DNA from: Auanema rhodensis
Lineage: Eukaryota > Animalia > Nematoda
DNA length: 64,000 bases
Assembly (NCBI GenBank): GCA_964057225.1
Contig: OZ059894.1
Coordinates: 7,874,001 to 7,938,000 of the forward strand
Direction: 5' to 3'
Position numbers and translations under genes: made by a program. The notes beneath the pieces are model-generated. The model worked only from the letters and a program-made list of their open reading frames with translations, made no database searches and was not told where the DNA came from. Positions 56,010-64,000 of the stretch are shown in pieces (within the stretch, counting starts at the first letter, position 1; each line of letters starts with the position of its first letter).

Positions 56010-59000
56010 AAAATTATTTATTTTGTAAATAATATAATAAAATATAAAATTAATAATAAAATATTAATAAATTAGCTTGATATGCAAGATAAATTGTCAA
56101 AAAAACATATAGTTATGCATTATCATGTTGAATATATGCATGATTGACTAATGTAATCGGATAAACAAAATTATATTTGTACAGAAGAAGAAGATACATA
56201 TCAATATATTGATGAAGAAATATTTCTGATTAGTTAAAGCCTTTTAGCTGATTATTCAATTGAAAAATGGATTATTATTTGAATAAAATGATGTGATATG
56301 AGTGAAAAAGTTTGGAAAACTTGAAGATATAAGGGTATAAGTGTAAGTATTTCTAAAACTTTTCATGGGATTGGATTGACAAACAGATAGTTATCTTCGA
56401 ATTGAATCGTCTTCAGATGCAATTGCTCAACGACTATTATGTATAGGTAAACGGTGAAACGAGAAAATATAGAGAGAGAAAGAGTTGACTAGCTTGTGAG
56501 AGAGGAAATGAATGTTTTGAACAAATAAAATAAAAGTTTTTTCTCCTAACATGTTCATTGAATAGAGATATATAGATAGATATTTATATTAATAGTATTA
56601 GAATCAAGCATAATATGAAATGCCGAATATTTCAATTTGAAATTGCTTAATGAAATCAATGAACTAATAATTCTATCATCAATTGCCTTTTAAGCAATAA
56701 GGGGTGAGATGTATGTTTTATCCATTGAATGTATCGAGAGTTTAGTATGAGCTGTTCCATTTCAACACTTTTTGGCTATTTCGCTTCTTTTGTTGGAAAA
56801 TATATGGAAAATGGAAAAGTAATCATGAAGTGACGTGAGTTGCCAATGAAGCTTCCCATGAGCTCCAAACTATTCAAATTAATGCCCAATGGACCAAAAT
56901 GCTTAGAAATACTTTCAGTTATGCTCTCATTCTCTGTCATACTCCATGTTTTATGCTCCGTTATTGTTGATCTATAAAGTCTAGAGCAAGATATTCGTGA
57001 AGTCAAGCAGAAATTACCTGAGGCAAGATTAAAAAAATGTGCAGAAAAGTTCATTCTTACATGTAAGTAGAAAAGAAGAAAAACAGGAATTAAAATACTT
57101 TTCTTTTCTATGAGATTATAATCCATAATCAAACTTTTTCAAGGCAAATATCTATGAAATATCAAAAAATAACTAAATAAATGTATAATATCTAGATATA
57201 ACATATACATATACATATATAGTATAGTATATTTACTTTTTTTTTGGTGAGGATTTAAGAAACAAAGAAAAAAAAGAAAAAGATCTGAAGGAAAAAGACA
57301 AAAAAAAGAATGAGTATTAAGAAAAAGCTAGTCTATGCTATAGTATAAAGATAATTTCTGTTAAAACATCAGTGAAATAGCTTAAAGGATAAGATGAATA
57401 GTAAGAAAAACTAAGTAATTATAGTATTGAATAAGACGCAGTATTGTCAAAAGACAAAATTTCAAATAAGTAACCAGATAGCTTGAGATTTTATTTTTTT
57501 CATCTGCTGAACACTTACTACAATTATTGTGTGTTCAAAGAAATTTATTAGGAATAATGTTCAGAATTTCAATAATTCTACATGAATAGTAATAGCTGAA
57601 AGAAAAAGTCGAATCTTCATTATGAAACAACCAAAAGGATGATTTGCTGTTTCATGTTGATGAGCTTTCCTTGGTTACATATATCTTGATTCTGTTATTT
57701 TCATGCTATTCCTATTGAAAATGCTGATTTTCTTATTTGTCCTATATCTTAATCAAAACATGGAAACAAGACAAAAATTTGGAAGAAAGAACATCTGCCT
57801 CTATCCAAATGTAAATTATTTTCCATTTGTCAAGCCAACGATCCGAAAAATGGTCATCAAAATTTTTGATGAAATCGGAAAAAGAGACGCTTCTATTCAA
57901 AGAAAAATGCAATTTTCTCTCAAATTTGAGAATCTTACAGAGAAAAGTGGTAATGTAGTTGAATATTTTAAGTTTACTACAGTGTATGATATCAATATTT
58001 ACTTGTTTATTGAAATGATGAATAAACAGTTTTGAATAGTACTTGCTCATACTAATAACTAACGGTTAGCAAATTAAGTTGGTTAGCATTTAGAAGAAGA
58101 AGAAAAGTTCTTTTTTATTATTTAAGAAGAAGCAGTTTAAGGTTAAAGACAGGATTGTATTAACGCCAAATAATTATTTTGGAAGAAAAACCAATGTGAA
58201 AACAAACACGTATGAGAATGATGTATTTAGCTTAAATAATTTATTAAACAATGAGAAAAAATGCTAACGAGTAAGTAAAATAGAAGAATACATGAAGAAG
58301 TGATTGAGAATAAAGAAAATAATACTAGAGCGAAAGAAGGATAAAGAGAGATAGAGAGAGAGAGAGACAGAGAGAGAAAAAGGGGGAAGGAGGGTAATGT
58401 GCATAACAGAATTCGGTGTTGAAAGAGAAATGGGAGGAGAGCGAAGATAAAAAAAAAAGAAATCTGATCCTTATAACTTTATATAAAAGACTGTGAGACT
58501 GATGTCGTTGAGAAGGATGATGGAGAGGAAAGAGGAAAACTAAGAAGATAATTAACGGCAACGATGAAAAAAAGAAGATGAAAAAGAAAAGGAATGAATA
58601 AGAATAGTGAGCATTTGAAGAGAAAAGCGAAATGTTAGATTAAGTAGTTTCTTCTATAGGTAATCGGATAGCTGGAACCGTCACTGACAAAACCAAAAAA
58701 AAAAAGAAATTCTTTGCTCTAAATGGAGAATTTGCATGAGAAATGAAGGAACCACGTCAGTGTAAAACGGATTGCATGAAGTTATGACAACGTGAGCAAG
58801 TTTGCTCGAACGGAGAAGCTGAAGCGTGAAAGAATAAAACGAAATATGGATCGGCATGTAAAGTTGTAACAGCTCGTCCGGACCGCAAACGATGGCAGAA
58901 GAACGGATCAGAAGAAGTGGATACATTCATGCTATCCTGATATAAGTGTGCAAGCTTCTGCAGCATCACACAAATTCAGGAAATACGCTTTTATTCTAAA

Positions 59001-59136
59001 ATTCTAAAAATCACTTCCTTTAAAACATTCTGCTTATACTTATCCGTTAGTCTGGAAACATTAACTAAAATGTGACTAAGAAATGAAGAAAAGCATCAGT
59101 TCATGAGTTCATTTAGAAGATTTACTATTTAGATTC

Positions 59137-59141
<5 letters not shown>

Positions 59142-59178
<37 letters not shown>
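59142..59178 (+). repeat. (AG)n microsatellite
   Basis: About 18 perfect AG units. Confidence 0.95.
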
Positions 59179-59181
<3 letters not shown>

Positions 59182-62100
59182 GGAAGAAAGACACGAATTG
59201 ATATAATATTTCAAACTAAGATGATGTTGCAAAAAAAAAGAATACTTAATGAAAGGAATAAATAAAAATTCAAAAACAAAGAAGAAAAAATTCAAAAAAC
59301 ATTAAAGAAAATCTTTATTATATTATTTTTTTTGTTCAAAGTAAAACAAATTGTTTTCTTTAAACAATATTTCTTTGACCATTTTTGCTAATTCTTGCTT
59401 AACGGCAAAGTGTTTACAGCTATGAAAATCATTTAAGAAAATCAGTGAATTGGAGAAGCAGAAGGAAAAAGCAATTCATATACAACTTCAAAACATACAT
59501 ATTTATATTGAATAATATTAAGAATATAAATATATAAAATATTTTTTTGATTCAAGCTCGTATGCTACTGGTAGAAAAGCTTGTATCAAAGTTTTTGATT
59601 AAAAATTGATAAAAGCAGTGTAATGATATTAGGATAAGATAAATGAATACAAATTATAGAAATGATCATTTTGATTGAATCATTAATCTTATAATCAGAC
59701 ACAAAAAGAAAGAAATAAGATGAGGAGAAGAGAGAATGATATTTAAAAAAAAGTTTTATCAAGCTGTATCAAGCTGTATCTAGTTGTATATTTAAACTTT
59801 ATATCTAAAGTTATTTGACACCATCTATATATTACTTAAGAGGTAAATTATGAATAACGTCTTTCAACTTAGTCTGTTATGCAGAACAGAAAAAAGTCTT
59901 AAATACGATCATTATTCTTAAAATGAGAGTTTGACTTTAGTTCTTAAAAGGTTTAAATATAAGCAAATATCAGTTGGAAATAACAAACAGGGAAAAAGTA
60001 TATATGAACTTGTTACATGGTTAAAAAAAACATTAAGAGTATCATCAAAACATAATATTTAATGAATTCGAAGTAGAACATTTTGCAAAAAACATAAGTT
60101 GAGTGTAACGAATTCTTGAAATAAGTTGTTTCTTGAATCAGGTGGACGGAAAAAAAGCAAATTTTCGAGATCAGAAATGGAAAAACTAGTAAATGCAATG
60201 TGATTTTCAAAAAAAATGGGCAAAAGAATGATTTATCGTATGAGTTTCTGACAGGAAATTGACAATAAGGTTTCGTGGTGAGCATTGCTTCAGATGATGT
60301 AGTATCCGTGCGTCGTCCCCCCTTCTGGGAAAGAAATGAACAGGCAAAAGCAGTCCCAATGCGATAAGACTGCACTTCTGGAACTCATAATGAGTGGAAA
60401 TGCCCCAAGCGGCATCATGATCAACAGTTTGTCAAGGATGTAGTGAAGATAAAAAGTGGATAATTCTGTGAGGAACTTCAAAAAAGAGTGGAAAATCATT
60501 GGTTTTTTGTGTAGGAATTTGTTTTTAGCTTCCTTATTTTTAAAAATATTTATAACTATCAGTATAATATTTTATAAAATTGTATATATATAGTATATAG
60601 TTACTTAATAAGCCTAAAATACAGGTATTATGAAGAAAATGAAATCTGGTTGATATGAATAAAGATTAAAAAAATTAAAAAAAAAAGATTTATTTAAATT
60701 AAAATAACTAAATAATCTATATTATACAAAGACATATCTATGTATATTTTAATAGAATAGCTCACTTTTATATATCTTAATCACAAAAAAAACTTGATTA
60801 CGAGTAGAAAGGAGAGATAATTTTACGAGAAAACGATATTAGAAATATTTTTTGGCATTGGTACTTTGTTTTCTAAAAACGGAAGTTTTTACTTTTTCTT
60901 GTATTTTCAACCTGAACTCTATGCTTTTTTCCATTTTATTTGAATAATGGTCTTTTATGAATAAAAGAAGTGAATGAACTAAAACAAATTGGCGGGCAGG
61001 AGACCCTAGAGAGTACAACAAGCATATCCGTCATAAAAATGTTTTTTCTTTCGTTTTAAAACTGAGAGGAGACCCAGGAGTAGAGTCAGAATTCGATTAG
61101 AACTAAGTTGAATCACAATTTGTGTCTTTATTTAGATAAAGAAAGATTTGGATTTTTCAAAGATATAAGTTAGAGAGATAGATGACGAGTTAAAGCTTCA
61201 TCCACGAGATTGCCTTGACAGCTTTAGTAGCTTCAATAAAGTTTACGGTGGTATGGCTATGATTTTTCATATTTAATAGGATTACAACCAAAGAAATAAT
61301 TATGATAGATTAGAAAAAAGTAAAAAAAAATTGAAAATTCTATTATGCAAGGACCACAAATCGGATAACAATGACAAAGTGCTCGTGGGTGAGAGAAAAA
61401 TGGAGCAAAGTGTAAGAGAGATGAAATTAATGAAAATCAGCAGCTGCTTTGATTTGAACTCGAACGATCAAAGAAAGAGAAAAAAAAGAAAAAAAAAGAA
61501 AATTTAAATCTATGATGATTCGATATCAGTATTGAACATCCATATAACTATGTACATGTATATATAGATATTTATAATAATTCTTAAATATAATTTGAAA
61601 TAAGATTATGTAGTTGTTATAGTTAAAATAGTAAATTTAGATATACATATATAGTTAATATTACGTAAACTCTATACGAAAAGATGATAGAAGATATAGA
61701 GCACAGTGTTAAATGAAGAGAAAGGAAGAAAAGAAAAATGTTGCCAACATCTTTTATGTTGTATTCGACATGACAACATTCTTTTTCAAATTTTATTATT
61801 CCCAAAAGATTTTCGTTATCTTGACAAATGAAGTCTGATTCATTATAATATTGGTAGATCATTAGATAATACGAATTTGAAGATATAATAGAACTTGAAA
61901 GAACTATTTTCTATAAAATTTTATTTAATTATATAAAATATTATAGTTATATAGATAAGTAAAAAGAGAAAAAGAGAGAGAGAGAGAGAGTGATAGAGAG
62001 ATATACTCAAAATGAAAAATCAAAGAAAATTAATGAAAAATCCATCTGTTTACTTGTCGCAAATGACGAATTTGAAATAAAAATTAAGATATAAAATAAA

Positions 62101-63682
62101 TTAAATTACAAAATAATAAAAAAAATTGGTTTGTTATATGATTTTGCAAAGGAGAGGAAGGATCATACTGAAAGGAGGTAGAAACTGATTGCGAGAGAGA
62201 GAATAAGACCATGGAAAATGAAAGAGAGAGTTATAGAGAGAAAAAGGAAAAGAAAGAGATTAAAAAGGGAAGAAATTTAATTAAACATCAGCTATATGGC
62301 AAAACTTACTGTTGTTGATCATGATGGTTTTCACACAATCCAGAAATGCAACCGCTTTTCATCATTTTTTCCCTCAAAATGAGGTGATATGCACTTTTAT
62401 ATATTCACATCATTTTAATATTTAAATTATAATAATTAAAATTATTTATAGCTTTTCATAAAGAATAATCTAAAATATTTATAAAAAAAAGTATTTTTAA
62501 TATGAAATTATTGCTTATACAAATATTTTTTTTAAAACTAATTTGTTGCAACATTTACGGTTGTTGGAAGCTTGTGTTAAGATGAAATTTATTTTTTCTA
62601 ATAGTTTAAGAATTTTTATTATAATTTCAATAATTTATATTATTTTAATTCGAATCGATTAAGTACAATAGATTTGTTTGATGTATTCATATTTATATTA
62701 AACACTTGTGTATCTATTATTTGTTTTTCTTTAGAGATTTAATTGATGTTAATAGATGTTTATATTATTATTATTATTACTATTATTATAATTTTTATTT
62801 AATTTTTAATAAAATATATGAAAAAGAATATTTATATTTAAAAAAATGTATATCCAAGATTAAAATAAAAAACAAATGAATCAAATAGTTGTACTAAGTC
62901 ACCGAAAATTCTTACAACATAACGAACATAACTAAAATTATTTTTATTATAAATATTTTGAAATAAAATATAAATAACTTACTAACTGTCAATTTTATGT
63001 AAACAATTTTAAAATTTCGGATCAGATTTGCTTCGTCCGATAGGAGAATTAATGTAAAACCAATCATATTCCCTTCAGTTTTTTTAAAATCTTTCATAAA
63101 GTTCAATATTAATAAATTCTTGATCATGATGTTGACAACAAGTGTTTATTTGTGTTTATTTCTTTATAAATATCTTATTAAAATTAATTATTTTATAATT
63201 GAAATACTATGGTAATGAGATGATGAAAAAGCTACATTTTGAGAGGACAATCCTGATCAAGGACCAATGCCTCAAAACCATTTACATGAAACTTGTGTGA
63301 GAAGAAAAAGAAGAATTAAATGTTTCAGCATTTTAATTTCTACATAAATGTTTAATTTAAAATTAAAAAAATATTTATTAAATATGAGAAAATTATAAAT
63401 ATAAAGCAAAGGCATAATTAATGAAATTTTAATTAATTATGATAAGTTGTCATAATTTTATTTATTTCTTAATTGAAGAGAAGAATATGAAATTATATAC
63501 ACGTTGTGGCTTATTAGCTCAAACAAAAATGAATTAAAATGACAGCATTAATGCTTTAAGAGAGCGGCAAAATCGCTAAGATCTGAGAATAATGTCAGAC
63601 TGTAATTCTATAAACTTTGAATGAATTTTTCAATATCATACACAATCACGCAAAGAAAACAGAAAAAAGAATATGTTTTCAA

Positions 63683-63995
63683 TTAATAAATTTGAGAAGA
63701 TCTATATGTATCATCTTGATCCACTATTTGCAGAATATTCTCTCGATTTCGTTGTGATGAAAACCAATCAGTATACAGTTCAACAGCTGTGCAGAAGATT
63801 GGCTTGATAATGCTCCTCATGTACCTGAAAAATGAATAAATTTTTATTTTTATTTCCAAAAAACAGTTAAAAAACGTTATACTTACCATGAATCGTAGTT
63901 TGAGAGACATTGGCAGAAAATTCGATCGGCTTCTTGTCTAGCAACATGTAATGCATCAATCAAAGCATCATGCTCAACACAACACCTATTTATTC
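63683..63995 (-). CDS. Secreted phospholipase A2-like protein (nematode PLA2-like family), last two exons; gene continues beyond the window
   Basis: Exons 63995-63887 and 63824-63683 join in frame: INRCCVEHDALIDALHVARQEADRIFCQCLSNYDSW|YMRSIIKPIFCTAVELYTDWF...QIY*. CCxxHD and D..FC.CL motifs of the sPLA2 fold are present. Confidence 0.7.
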
Positions 63996-64000
63996 CTGAA

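Noticed and set aside
3910-63127. Dozens of 60-160 aa F/L/S/I-rich minus-strand ORFs and K/R/E-rich plus-strand ORFs in the ORF track
   Set aside because: They are translations of TC/GA-rich low-complexity intronic or intergenic DNA, often with non-ATG starts and no splice or motif support.
1-64000. tRNA, rRNA or SL-RNA genes, CRISPR arrays, transposase or RT ORFs, terminal inverted repeats
   Set aside because: By eye I saw no T-loop in cloverleaf context, SL leader, regularly spaced repeats or transposon coding motifs. Degenerate remnants could have been missed.

Overview
AT-rich eukaryotic genomic DNA from a clade V (rhabditid-type) nematode. This assignment rests on many 43-60 nt GT-AG introns, TTTCAG-type acceptors and clear C. 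elegans orthologues. Manual splicing gives six protein-coding loci. On +: the 3' end of a serpentine chemoreceptor GPCR (1-556). On -: unc-83, a KASH nuclear-migration protein (21 exons, about 1011 aa, 2183-30028, possibly extending to ~40 kb); a tandem pair of LCLAT1/LYCAT-type acyltransferases (acl-9-like 44647-47465, acl-8-like 48808-50426); an SK/KCNN-type Ca-activated K+ channel (51684-55998); and the 3' end of a secreted PLA2-like gene (63683 to the window end). Most entries in the supplied ORF track are artefacts of GA/TC-rich intronic DNA. I found no tRNA, rRNA, CRISPR array or recognisable transposon, and no clearly novel multi-gene system. The best leads are extra or alternative unc-83 exons and internal promoters, a pseudoknot-like double inverted repeat and a multi-hairpin island inside unc-83 introns, the adjacent acl-8/acl-9 pair, and a PLA2-like protein with concerted loss of one disulfide. 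Orthologue names come from my recollection of C. elegans proteins; no search was run.
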